Origin: a virus
Direction: 5' to 3' (one strand)
Length of the DNA: 64,000 bases
Virus record (IMG/VR): IMGVR_UViG_3300046504_000032
Span: 3,120-67,119 of that record
Shown here in pieces: positions 22,801-28,446 of this stretch. Below the pieces are notes generated by a model, which saw nothing but the letters and a program-made list of their open reading frames with translations, was not told where the DNA came from and searched no databases. The translations under genes and the position numbers were made by a program. The stretch's first letter is position 1. The number at the start of each line of letters is the position of its first letter.

Positions 22801-24732
22801 GTATATCGGAACGTCTGACTTGCGTACTTCTTTACCGTCAACCTTGACGGTTTCCTCTACGGGTTCCTCGAATTTGGCGTTTATATCCTTGAGTTTGTCC
22901 GGGGGAATTTCTATTGCTTCACCAAATTCTCCATTATCCTTAACCTCATTCACCTTGACGGTACCATCGAATCCTATCTCCTGCACCTCCCAATTCCGGC
23001 CCATGTAGGTTATCTCGTCCCCTACTTTTGCAGTCTTATGAGCGAGATCTTCATTAGCCTGTCTCTCGAGAGGGTCAATCGGTGCGCCAGTTTTTGGGTC
23101 TTTTATCGGTTCGTCTCCTGCGAATCCGGAGATATAACCCTTCTTTGCCCTGTAAGCATCGACCCCCATATCGACAAATTCCTGCGGGGTCATTGTCTTT
23201 TCAACCTTCCAACCATTGATAAACCGGCCTTCTCTGTCTATGATACGTACAAGTTTATCATTGACTATTATTGATCCGTCAACAGGATTACGTTCAATCC
23301 TGCTGAGTAAGGCGTATGTACCGTCATCAAGTACCTTAGAACCTTTCTGAAAATATCCCTTTCCGTCAACATCGGTCATCATGTTTACCGCTACCGGCTT
23401 ACCTGTCTTGGGATGAATCTCTGCCACTCTGTTCAGAAGGGAGGTCATTGTCCTTTCGGCATTATTGGTATATATCTCCTGTTCGATAACTGGCAATGCT
23501 TCCTGATTAGATTTCCACGCATCAAGAGCTTTCTCTCTCTCTCCATTGGTCATAGTGATCTGGTCAACGATATTTTCCCGGGCAATATCCTTAAAGTTCA
23601 TCTTACTGTCCATGACAGTTATCTTGTTTGGATCAGTTGGATGGTCCCCTACCTGTTCGTAAACTTTCCCGTCTTTATCCTGAATGATCGTTATTCCTGA
23701 TTTCTTGCGTCTCATGTAGTTGTAACTCTCATTCTGTGCTGCGGTTATACTACCAAGGAATGTGCCAAGGAACGCACCGTCCCGGAAGGACTTCAATCCA
23801 TCAGCAACGACATTCATAAGAGCGATCTTATCTTCCGGGTACTTGTTTAGGTTCTGCAGCATCTCCTGTGTCATAGTCATAACACTGAATGCTCCGCCTG
23901 TCTTGACTGCGTTCTTTCCTATTTTACCTGCCAGATTGAGATATTTTTGTGTTGCCCCTGGAACGTCTGCCAGGTATCTACGAAGAATATTTGATGCTAA
24001 TTCAGGATTTTCCCTGAGTACCGTTGAGGCAGCCGACCCTATCATTGAATTGACTGCCTTACCTCCGGCTCCTGCTACCTCTCCGGCAAGGTACATGATC
24101 AGTCCCGACCCAAGTCCAACAGCCTGTTTCTGAAACTCCGGTGTCTTGTGTCCTGTTTTTTCATCATAAAGTTCTGATTCGAGTATTGAGTTACCGTATG
24201 CACTTGTAGCGAAAGCAGCCATAGTCCCCTGTCCTATGATAGCAGGTATAGCAGCGAGAGAGGTACCCCCGGTAGCTAATGATGCAGCTGCAGACGCACC
24301 CATGCCTAATATCATTGGCATCCATGCACCTACTGAAGATAAGCCACTCTCGGTATAAATCTCATTATTCTTTTTTAGGTTCTCTCTTGCTTTTTCTTTC
24401 AGCACTTCAGATGCTATCATGCCATTCATCTGCCCTGTTCCCGGGAAACTGCCAGGCATTCCTACTATTGGCAGTATTTCTGCAAGGAATGACTGCAACC
24501 CTGATCCCATCTGTAACCAACCTTTTCTTGACTGTTCCCTGAACTTACTATCCTTGCTGAACATAAAAGGCCTCTCAACCCATTCATTATGCTGTGCTGC
24601 CTGTTCTGCTGTCTGCGGGTCAAAAGTAGAAGTAGGGAGTGGTGCTCCCGCTGTTTTTTTCTTCTGTATATCCGCTAATGACGGGAATCCTTTAGGTCCT
24701 GTCTGTAGGGTTTGATCTACTGTATCTGGCAT
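7894..24732 (-). CDS. Giant polyvalent virion/ejection protein (DarB-like methyltransferase-SNF2 helicase plus accessory domains)
   Basis: 5612 aa. Approximate domains: PPase-like 20420-20830; P-loop kinase AGGTGAGKTT near 19900; DUF1249-like 18590-18830; MTase VLESAGGIG and NVPFG 16440-17560; helicase VGTGKT/VDEAH/QRNGRILRQGN 13300-15150; HEVFAH metallopeptidase near 11860; LPD38-like C-terminus. Confidence 0.9.
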   Translation of the reverse strand: MPDTVDQTLQTGPKGFPSLADIQKKKTAGAPLPTSTFDPQTAEQAAQHNEWVERPFMFSKDSKFREQSRKGWLQMGSGLQSFLAEILPIVGMPGSFPGTGQMNGMIASEVLKEKARENLKKNNEIYTESGLSSVGAWMPMILGMGASAAASLATGGTSLAAIPAIIGQGTMAAFATSAYGNSILESELYDEKTGHKTPEFQKQAVGLGSGLIMYLAGEVAGAGGKAVNSMIGSAASTVLRENPELASNILRRYLADVPGATQKYLNLAGKIGKNAVKTGGAFSVMTMTQEMLQNLNKYPEDKIALMNVVADGLKSFRDGAFLGTFLGSITAAQNESYNYMRRKKSGITIIQDKDGKVYEQVGDHPTDPNKITVMDSKMNFKDIARENIVDQITMTNGEREKALDAWKSNQEALPVIEQEIYTNNAERTMTSLLNRVAEIHPKTGKPVAVNMMTDVDGKGYFQKGSKVLDDGTYALLSRIERNPVDGSIIVNDKLVRIIDREGRFINGWKVEKTMTPQEFVDMGVDAYRAKKGYISGFAGDEPIKDPKTGAPIDPLERQANEDLAHKTAKVGDEITYMGRNWEVQEIGFDGTVKVNEVKDNGEFGEAIEIPPDKLKDINAKFEEPVEETVKVDGKEVRKSDVPIYEKDGNPVSKGYIKGAIIGAETPQDLYGLRFEGDEELDKMYKKKFPEMVTSYFIGKDEVDRSTIEGAINHTSSLKTLEKIKIILDPDLQKSLDDKIKTLTPEVTPKVTPDQKGASVENKPVTEEKSVKKNKEKEQPASQEERAAEEAKNLKETNPKGLEPYQMTGKQYEAWKDKTTAGWHQDTYKSPWAPRDESGKAVGPWWFGHKGAVAMAIKEGKPVPPEVLKEYPGIYDEVKKYYPDIKPMEAQAEAPKPERGQEKAPHEGATPVIGGREGPIINLNPMEFLMPKLKRLGYSDEDISGMDQKQIQQIVTQNIEKPEVISTVKTPAGQKQEIIDNAEKNKDYELLSLQKDNSALGKERLAAVLKKREGKKLTVRESILAERPGMNRDDVSNAENVSMETIKKEIELHKDQLGALVKTLPSSYAARLIGELDSRGIEHQGENTKLTEILEKLKPTSKPIEKQNPKDFKKGDLIRDTFTGIQYEVIEPDKKGMAKLRLISDSDVQHRPEDWNAYNNPRFIPASEESPLDKMSRLAKEEAESKIDYEGFWKDIKQEIDEPKTREEGIALMKKIESGVEKAGWKFEVDEDPDFASVNVFYKGQSSSPDEMQPTMLKLFKVYSRLLHETHEGPRMVPGGLKSADEIKGEIEEAREDVEPNPTDAQKESGIYPKGHIAILGMDISIETAKGMIRTGTDLSGKKWSVTLNHDYGHILGTITPDGEPLDVYLGNIQPGQDIYVIDQINPDTGQYDEPKVMIGFESDWDARAGYLQNFEPKWRGLGEIKQMPIDQFKVWGWDKANTMKPVDLDLWKEIDGKYFNNEWLNNEATYKKSLENVKGTTEKPIQPTGPKEGRGKGNLNTAGAEGTPERTQGEGKQEFTGIHRIVHDRFAKALTDDYERYKAEYLSKFGNVISGDHAKSLSPDYRNNPTEFSQAVHDPASDFAKKLYDDLIQGEPASEQNNYVVMTAGGTGAGKTTALNLKLEKENPPYLIYDSNMANFETSKGRIEKALENGKEVDILYVWRDPFTAYIEGVIPRMKEERRSIGIDTHVKTSANSLANIRKIYDLYKDNDNVTFTFYDNDIQNEVQPESVFSHIPIDEADLKRRLQDEIKSLQQQGELTETEKSVLLEETRTGDELSLQQSAETGREQTQEINGGEKTAPAESVGSAEQQPSPKPEFAGESIEYRPKDGWETNLIKARDYASHLIDHSEINQLIKDNKLDWTNTESIVAAIKQKLGLKLVNDLFEGKPVLTPEQKELQKFKDAMPYTHFGQSVLLAHKQILKAIPILKSIKVGDYFKSGKRGDAIMPFVIEAQTLGSYHMLFPDPKAYRLIMEHNYIQEGDLMTDPRIDIAVYPSLDIIVPLNFEQSNPPIYQEFIAEGKVIDQKGMNDTLSFMKTWMNNLKNQGRTITESNRIKEETENGTESKSITSIENQASAIINQAENVADREQAGQISEEIDRQIAEIDSQLQLLGEYKIPEEYYRTHEYPHRGLEPIIKKDVTKFSKEIAKLLGWEHDTDRKGKKIEYSNVNLAPAGGDAHFILWKPGTDLGVYVSIPFNPTNEFAGDYSELWKIEGHGQGYGPILWRLTTKAKKYSGMNNQWIQADVTAGELARTIKKFADSYEKSTDKRNFDNINITHEKATTPLRDKGIRDTPGEGTPPMVGGVGPSETGGPVSSEQTPTLPELNGGQSGGEHTEINRSRETAQPGRGGDNTGLLSTDEGRGSSGVVERTQRTDTGNRTQPENLADRNFVITDEAFVPKGEFAKIRANISAIELVQKLEKENRNATPEEKDILAKYTGWGGLATVLDQGKWAEPRWHEEWHKKYGGYHKKLLSLLTPDEFNNAVNSTINAHYTSIPIIRQMWNLAEQLGFRGGNVLESAGGIGHFFGAMPGYLQDNSILKAYELDSITGRIMTKLYPQARVNVKGYELSNEPIASQDLIITNVPFGKTSPFDAKNQDISKFYLHNYFIAKGIRQLKPGGIGVFITSNSSLDSPASAKFREWVVTEGNADFVGAIRLPNNAFAENAGTEVTTDIVIFRKRIGDIISPNAKDFRITVPIGDAETKDGLPVKIEVNQYFAENPDNMLGKMMLAHEAGGGGLYSADRQTLAPIRGKDLITELATRIATMPKSIMETAENKPPEELIAANDEERNGTIVNRGGKIYEVVNGDLALTEWNDKTIKVKGKSYKTNKIADDYLKIKSLANDLITMEQSPDADPKVLETVRANLNKEYDGFFKSYGKINNNKALEFLEDDSEHNAVAALENVSHTSELDKNGRNIRKEFIDKSDIFTKRVNFPVIEPTTAGNVEDALNISISYRNAVDIPYMASILGMTEEQATQELLEEGLVFRNPATEQIEDKDTYLSGFVRTKYNTALEASKDNPLYLKNVEALKSVVPKDIPGQLVKFSLGTPWIPGDMVKQFVKDHLDVNATIEYSNATGHWIVRGHDGQYGAKNKTAGTEEFSGLELVEKSLNLRTPRVVRTSYDYVDGRRVKTEKVDIEATAQAQGKMDDIMDTFVNYVYDKPEYVEQIETVYNAKYNDFIEKNYNAPSFDHFPGASKDIKLYGIQRVGVMRSLKESTLLAMQVGTGKTFTMITTAMEMRRLKLAKKPMIVVQNSTLEQFSNSFRELYPAAKILVPPPLNKMKAEKRQLIFNKIAYGDWDSIIIPQSFLDFIPDDPARERAYIQERIAELQQVLDEVDDGSWNNPIASDLKKSIEALNEQMFKMDNPTKKKTKKVKDIARSNLSKETQLEKQAFRRKDDVRLFEKMGVDALFVDEAHAYKKLGFATALQNIKGIDTKGSKRAFGLYMKVKFVQEKMNGRNVILSTGTPISNTMAEVWTMMKYIAPEILKKHNINTFDQFASTFGSIEPSLEFTAAGKFKVVKRFKSYKNAPELMRLFRANSYVVLTEDVPEFKEAKTIPKLKDGKHTQIIIPQSEGVKTAMEKFKNILEAWEQLPGKEKRLQRHVPLVIFGRAKQAAIDLRLINSANYDDPGSKTNEVVKQVKRIYDETTSYKGTQLVFSDIFQSPDLGSTVPRFNLYEDIRDKLMKLGVPATEIVIIKDQSGGQREAIYDRVNKGEVRIVLGSTGKLGTGVNVQDLLKAIHHIDAPIRPMDFEQRNGRILRQGNQHADMGLPVEVVTYGVEKTLDATAFQRLDIKMKFINQMMKGDKLDREANDAADEEDATDMTFAQMMATLSGSQYAILHTQKMYELKKLQTGRRNYERGMIDAKKGLQNARTIVGYLTDALMDVKNATELIRKYFKPLEGKGEGTTSGLNIKSITFNGKQYQGEKLLEGFNLELTKMIDLFKAGVGENKTSILKINDIPVPIFLSYDGRNDRFVYQVEPVQSSSAEAKITGYCTSGAGFFQSLKIQFNNFLDGKLKDVEKRLAQHQNDIPTFENTLTKKFAQQEKLDNTEREVRDLEEKMKEETENGMNKNPKPIVTPTRDQKIAWLREQVSNPEHGEKTREILTDYIKQYDEAPLEATKDLILEEIASKSRMIKEKFDEIDASKDNLLDEDIEDSPEPSPSYMRRPKEPDLNDENMRPIWDNAQFPKYQATPGTFAGEEVAVMREHEMMRRAQIMSEYTGVPIIIVRTKQELPKHLVKDAIKRFGDLRKSEIPSVYDRANKKVYLVVEDNKSVSDLVSNMSHEVFAHYGLEALLGVEPYLRVLQLTYTGMSPVDVVELANRYNVPESDWKTVAEEYIGYIAGNGQINPNLWQRIIAYIRNLIRKILNISMSKSEIMALLKKAKDNLTNNKPEVTDYANIGDYLDALTAYSTRTGKAEGGFGYGIHASESRAIEEAIGKGNQDYRTYFGVAESQIGTKATGWIEKALANNDFDSNKALDYLESKMTKYQNFERHYRIVKDARNYLFDNEPKNPTAMYKVLVGKGKAPDELNFLSWDKPIDYDQQENIVNQLDAENKFDITVSGAFHSGEALYNKITDLYGSDREASLFLSRAGIDGMKKDQSMVIYDNTPVDVLNQIAYMRRPKSTFVGEHLANAGKVYTNQAETKRNWQETVNGIREYIQDNNLPVRKFEEEIIKRGGLQPNDAKPYRDISLSFGRQETLYKDFMKTKMKPIQESVAKIIKGGMSGENILPYIISKHAIERNMVFRAREIDEFIMKNPDATDQDIAELKEEIADKDYSGVMAFDVNDEFTNPDELAQTISDEFEEQVSKPLIDELWSNIHNASSAILDIWEAGQQLSPEQKQMYLEQFKYFVPLRGWREGAAKDLVYVKGEGFKKSLMHATGRKSLADNPLAYMQSVAFSAIGEQVDNEVKTSMLRLLMRNLQSADLYDLATVKKLYYIRVDLPDGTHEWEPTLDRPSQELFDSGEAVTKIYNEYQKLRVPKQAREHEVIVRRQGGDVVMIFKGKMLSVAQAMNKRNFMYHNIFSKVKDARTLNQAVTGLSYMNNFLKAAYTSWNIVFPFTNFLRDVQEASMTQLIRGDAGQKIVVNYHRAFPSIIRFLRDKLDMNNPDDVKLRDFYLTGGATGFTHLLSAEDLEKDLMDEINRMVGRGTVRGDIKHFMHESVQIISMWNQVFEDATRFSVYLTSIDLGKTKEEAASDAKEASVNFNRKGKSSKLYDSIYAFWNVAWQSLQKNFKLGKDYPKRFAAVASAFMALGFLEALLNHATDDQDPENDYYNINPYMRENYLVLPNLPRLISGESKGNKYLSIPLPQFWRGFKSIGSLAYDLTQGKTTVKEAITKAMLNFGSAMSPVDIGGFSKTGEFSLAPIVPTIIKPFYEIATNRNYMGYTIAREPFDKAQKKLLANSGLGKSNVNPAAKFFTDMLFRWGGGENATKYYIDKTGEEKKVPGFLDINPSFIEHLFKGYTGGSGAVFSDLITTISQALKPDQEVDFKNIPFVNKFLRETPESKWNIISDYYNLKDVVGVHKGLKRAYQQQAEAGGSTTGIEATEGSNYYQQYQDIVDSYDKDIKEISDQVDFTDVEGTKPIYDLMQQCIVDIKALKEQYKMK
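17574..17897 (-). CDS. Nested +1-frame gene inside the giant ORF (TnpV-like helical protein)
   Basis: 107-aa globular-looking ORF with its own TAACTTTG box (17923-17916) and AT-rich start. The host frame here is low-complexity linker. Confidence 0.65.
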   Translation of the reverse strand: MKKPQHLLEIKGFETPLARVHLQWLEEWDLPKLVDLYRQNKLQHYLNSMVDKAEANIQKLIAAGRQRNQAEEATIPDFLAPMRDEDPPEWSRELKGQIPEIERSLKT

Positions 24733-24739
24733 AGCATGG

Positions 24740-26059
24740 TTATTTAACTGCAGTAGAATCCTTTTGTGCTTTAATCATTTGCCTCCATTCCCTCATAATA
24801 TTATTGGCATAATCATCAGCATCTTTTGACGGTACTGTTCTTCCTATAGCTTTGTACCGGTCAATATATAAGGATTTTATCTGTTTCAGTTTTTTACCAT
24901 CTTCGATATTCCACTGTAGAATTGTCTGAGCATCTATCGTCACTTGCTCTTTTGATGCATCATCAAGATCAGTAACTCCGTCCGGTCCTTTGACTGCTGT
25001 TGGTTTTACTGGTCCTGTTGGTTGTGCAGGTTGGACTGTTTGACCTGTTTTTTGTCCGTATATGCCTTCATATACACCTGCAGGGAGCAGGTTATCTCTG
25101 ATGTAGTCCCAATTATCGGCAATAGCTTTACCCAAAGCCTCCGGCTGTGAGGTTTTGTTATTGGCGATATCTCTGAACACTTTCGCTAAGGTCTGGTCGT
25201 ATGGACTTTTCCCTATTGAGAGCTGTTGTACGATATGGGTTACTAACCCAGGACTGATATAGATTGTTTGTTTGGTATCCGGGGTGACGAATTGCAATGT
25301 CTCTTTATCCCCGGCTTTCGGAGGAGTGAATACGTCAATCTCCGGTTTTGCTCCACCAGGTAGCAGTCCTATACCCCTGTCAAACTTGGCCTTCTCCCTG
25401 GCTATCCCTACCTGTAGTTGTGCTTCTATTGCAGCCTGTACCTGTTTGCGTACTCCTTCTGCCTCGTTTTCCATCCCTCTAAGCCGGTATTGTTTCTCAA
25501 GCAGGGCGTTCTCCCTGATGAAGTTATCAAGTTCTTTCTCTGCAGCCAATGATTCCTGGTGAGATCTCTCGGCCTGTTTCTCTGCTTTATCTACTGCTGC
25601 TGCATCCTGAGCCATGCCATACTGCACGTCTGCCTGTTTAAGAGCCATTTTCTTTGTACTAATTCCTTCAAGTTTCTGTTTGTATTCTAGATCGCTTTTG
25701 GCATATTCATTGACAGCATTCATGATAAATGGGTTTGGAGCCCTTTGTCCTACGGGAGCTCCGCCACCTGCAGCAATACCTTCCCCGAGAAGTCTGAATG
25801 CTTCCCCGAGAGAGTTGGTGCGCATGATCTTCTGTTGTGTAGCCTGACTGGTCTCTTTCTCGGCTTTGGCTTTTGCTTCCTCATCTTTCCAATCGAAGAT
25901 AGCGGAATAAGGACCCGTCATATCGTTAGGTCCGGCTGCCTTAGCTGCCTTGATACGTTTGCGCACAGCTTCACTCCTGGCAAATTCATCGGCATAGTTT
26001 GTTCCTTTGATGACAGGGATGGGTGGATCCGAAGAAAAGTCTAATCTTGCCATATTCAA
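24740..26059 (-). CDS. Probable DNA ejection (internal virion) protein
   Basis: Helical and Ala/Gln-rich with a glycine-rich segment, directly upstream of the giant gene. Confidence 0.6.
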   Translation of the reverse strand: MNMARLDFSSDPPIPVIKGTNYADEFARSEAVRKRIKAAKAAGPNDMTGPYSAIFDWKDEEAKAKAEKETSQATQQKIMRTNSLGEAFRLLGEGIAAGGGAPVGQRAPNPFIMNAVNEYAKSDLEYKQKLEGISTKKMALKQADVQYGMAQDAAAVDKAEKQAERSHQESLAAEKELDNFIRENALLEKQYRLRGMENEAEGVRKQVQAAIEAQLQVGIAREKAKFDRGIGLLPGGAKPEIDVFTPPKAGDKETLQFVTPDTKQTIYISPGLVTHIVQQLSIGKSPYDQTLAKVFRDIANNKTSQPEALGKAIADNWDYIRDNLLPAGVYEGIYGQKTGQTVQPAQPTGPVKPTAVKGPDGVTDLDDASKEQVTIDAQTILQWNIEDGKKLKQIKSLYIDRYKAIGRTVPSKDADDYANNIMREWRQMIKAQKDSTAVK

Positions 26060-26700
26060 TCTCCTTTCAGGTGTTCTTTCTGCATATTAAGTAATCCGAT
26101 TATCCTGGGGATCTGTTCTTCTACCATGTGTCTTTGTTCTTTAGACATTACATTGGTATACTTAAAATTAACTCCGACAAAACCATCCTCTTTCCCGTCA
26201 AATTGCCGCATCAGGAAAAGATAACAAGACTTAAATTTCCATAACTCCATATCTCTTTTAAAGTTGAGATCTGGGCAATCGTTCACATCAGCCACGCAAT
26301 AATCATATAACGTAGCTAACTGCGCAAACGCCTGTGAATATCTGGAATTAAGGACTGCTACGCACTTATCCATCATAGGTAAATCTGTTCCTCCTGCAGT
26401 CTCATGGGTAAGAGTGAATTTCTTCATTGGTAGTCCGTTAACATAATTACCTCCGTTATGGAATCTGCCAATGACTATCTTAGTAGACTTCAATTCAAAT
26501 TTTAACTTGCATATGATCTTCTGTACAATAGTGCTATAACAACTGTCTTCTTTTACAGAATATTGATTTGCGTCATTTGCAATTTTGACTGCGGCTGGTT
26601 TGACTAACTTATAAAATTTGAGCCATCCCAAAGTCAATACGCCGATTAGGAGCAGTGTTATCACATCTATTGGGGTTCTTGAGTTAAATAAACCTGTCAT
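26056..26700 (-). CDS. Single-TM protein with GAF-like domain, putative T4 T-like holin
   Basis: N-terminal TM helix, then RFHNGG...KFTLTHE...GFVGVNF GAF-like pattern. Confidence 0.55.
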   Translation of the reverse strand: MTGLFNSRTPIDVITLLLIGVLTLGWLKFYKLVKPAAVKIANDANQYSVKEDSCYSTIVQKIICKLKFELKSTKIVIGRFHNGGNYVNGLPMKKFTLTHETAGGTDLPMMDKCVAVLNSRYSQAFAQLATLYDYCVADVNDCPDLNFKRDMELWKFKSCYLFLMRQFDGKEDGFVGVNFKYTNVMSKEQRHMVEEQIPRIIGLLNMQKEHLKGD

Positions 26701-27163
26701 TTCTTTATCTTTTTTACACCAATTCTTACATTGTCAATTATCTTTCTGGCAGAAGTGGAGTCCAGAAGAAACTCATTTCGTTCTTTTTTTTTTCACTTAC
26801 TTCAAAGATGCGTTGTACTTCCTGTAATTCTTCTTTTGTCGGAACTTTTCTCTCCATATAATCTTGCATATTTGAATTAATTATAGAAAGTCTTCTTACT
26901 CCTCTGTTTATGGTACGCAAACTATCACTGAAATTTTTAAAGTTATTGATCATTACACTTCTGAACGCTTTACCTTCCGCATGTTCTATTGAATCATACT
27001 TTATCCATGTGTCAATCCTTACCACTTGGTTTGTACTCTTGGTCCTTTTCTGTTCTGCCTTTACACCCTGGGTATATATCAGGATGACGATACTGGCTAT
27101 TGCGGTTGCTCCACCGAATACTCCTCCGATCCACTTAGCAAGATTTAAGACTTTTTCTGACAT
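26697..27163 (-). CDS. Membrane-anchored coiled-coil protein with short (stop 26738) and -1 frameshifted (stop 26697) forms
   Basis: N-terminal TM and an A10 run containing A_AAA_AAG. The -1 frame ends RIGVKKIKK and overlaps the next ATG. Confidence 0.7.
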
Positions 27164-27757
27164 TTACCTGAATGTTACTGCTGTATTACCCGAGTTTTGG
27201 AATGTTGCACCTGGTTTGTTCTTGAATAGTCCTTTGAGCCATTCATCTCCTTTGTTGAATGCTCCGTAAGAATCTGCCATAGAGAATGCGCCTGCGGCTC
27301 CCATTGCGTTACTGCCTGCATTCATTAAGTTAGCGGATTTTTGCATGGACTGGTTATAGTCAAGTCCGAAAAGGCTGTTTTCAGAAGCAAGATGTTCCCG
27401 TCTTAGGGCATCCTGACGTTCCTGACCGTAACCTGCAAGGTTTGTTATTGCTCCCACGAAAGGTCTCTGCATGGATTCTGCCTGGGCTACTGCTTTCTCG
27501 TCTGATGCTCCGGTTATCACGTTGCTTTGTGCAACTTTACGGGCATTACGAATATATTCCTGTGATAGTTGGCTGAGTGCCGACTTTGCCATCGGGGTAT
27601 TGAGGAAGTCAAGGTTAGAATCGTATTTATACTCAAGATCGAGTTCATTTTTCCTCGCTGTAAGTTTGCGCTGTGCCTCTTGTGCTGCCTGTCTGGCTTT
27701 GATACTGGCTACCATGCCAGTTGCCATAGAATAAATCGCCAATGCGGTGCCTATCAT
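27164..27757 (-). CDS. Probable small DNA ejection protein
   Basis: Hydrophobic Gly/Ala N-terminus followed by Ala/Gln helices; first gene of the ejection-portal operon. Confidence 0.6.
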   Translation of the reverse strand: MIGTALAIYSMATGMVASIKARQAAQEAQRKLTARKNELDLEYKYDSNLDFLNTPMAKSALSQLSQEYIRNARKVAQSNVITGASDEKAVAQAESMQRPFVGAITNLAGYGQERQDALRREHLASENSLFGLDYNQSMQKSANLMNAGSNAMGAAGAFSMADSYGAFNKGDEWLKGLFKNKPGATFQNSGNTAVTFR

Positions 27758-27810
27758 GATAAAAATAATTTAATCACCGTAAACTTAGGAATATTACTTG
27801 GTCTGTAAAG

Positions 27811-27843
27811 TGTTATTTTGACTTGAATTTAAGTCAATTTAAC
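27811..27843. promoter_or_regulatory. Imperfect palindromic operator, copy 2
   Basis: TGTTATTTTGACTTGAATTTAAGTCAATTTAAC with dyad TTGACTT/AAGTCAA, 23 nt from a minus-strand TAAGTTTA box. Confidence 0.7.
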
Positions 27844-27891
27844 GGTAAGTAGGTATAATTATTCTGCATCTTTGTATTTTAATCACTTTAT

Positions 27892-28446
27892 ATGCCACAG
27901 AAATATTCTGAGCAAGACATGGCCCGAGCCATTTTGCTTGTACTTGACCAGAGCTTGCCGATCAAGAAGGTAGCAAGGGAGATGGGTATTAATCTGAGGG
28001 CATTACAGCGTTACAAAGCCAGGTATCTTGCTGACCCTACCACGACAACTCTCCGGCAGATGTTTCCTACTGTCCGGGAGAATCCCCTGAAAGAGGATGA
28101 GCCAATAGTGAAGAAAGATAATCCTGTTGCTTCTGCTGAGGTGATGGATGCTACGGATAAGACATTGATAGCAAGGGCCAAGTTCCTGGATGATGTTCTT
28201 TCTACCAAACAGGTATTACTTGACCGGCTGAAAAAGGCAGGGGGTAAGTCGAATAACATTGATGCTTTGCATAAGGCTATCAAGACATTGGATGATCTTG
28301 AGACCAAGGTAGTGCCGGAAGGTGGCAATTCACCTGCAGCACAGGTAAAGACGCTCAATGTATTTCAACTATTCAATCAGCAACTAATAAACGAAGGATA
28401 TGAAGGACCTGAGATCCCGGATGCCGATATCGTTAAGAACGATTGA
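27892..28446 (+). CDS. HTH protein, possible terminase small subunit
   Basis: N-terminal HTH (IKKVAREMGINLRALQRY) followed by helical segments. Confidence 0.5.
   Translation: MPQKYSEQDMARAILLVLDQSLPIKKVAREMGINLRALQRYKARYLADPTTTTLRQMFPTVRENPLKEDEPIVKKDNPVASAEVMDATDKTLIARAKFLDDVLSTKQVLLDRLKKAGGKSNNIDALHKAIKTLDDLETKVVPEGGNSPAAQVKTLNVFQLFNQQLINEGYEGPEIPDADIVKND

Noticed and set aside
8524-24715. Many plus-strand ORFs opposite the giant gene
   Set aside because: They have shadow-frame composition and no start context or motifs
590-27843. The two 33-bp sites as att, dif or inversion sites
   Set aside because: No recombinase is in the window, there is no dif consensus, and fixed spacing to -7 boxes favours operators
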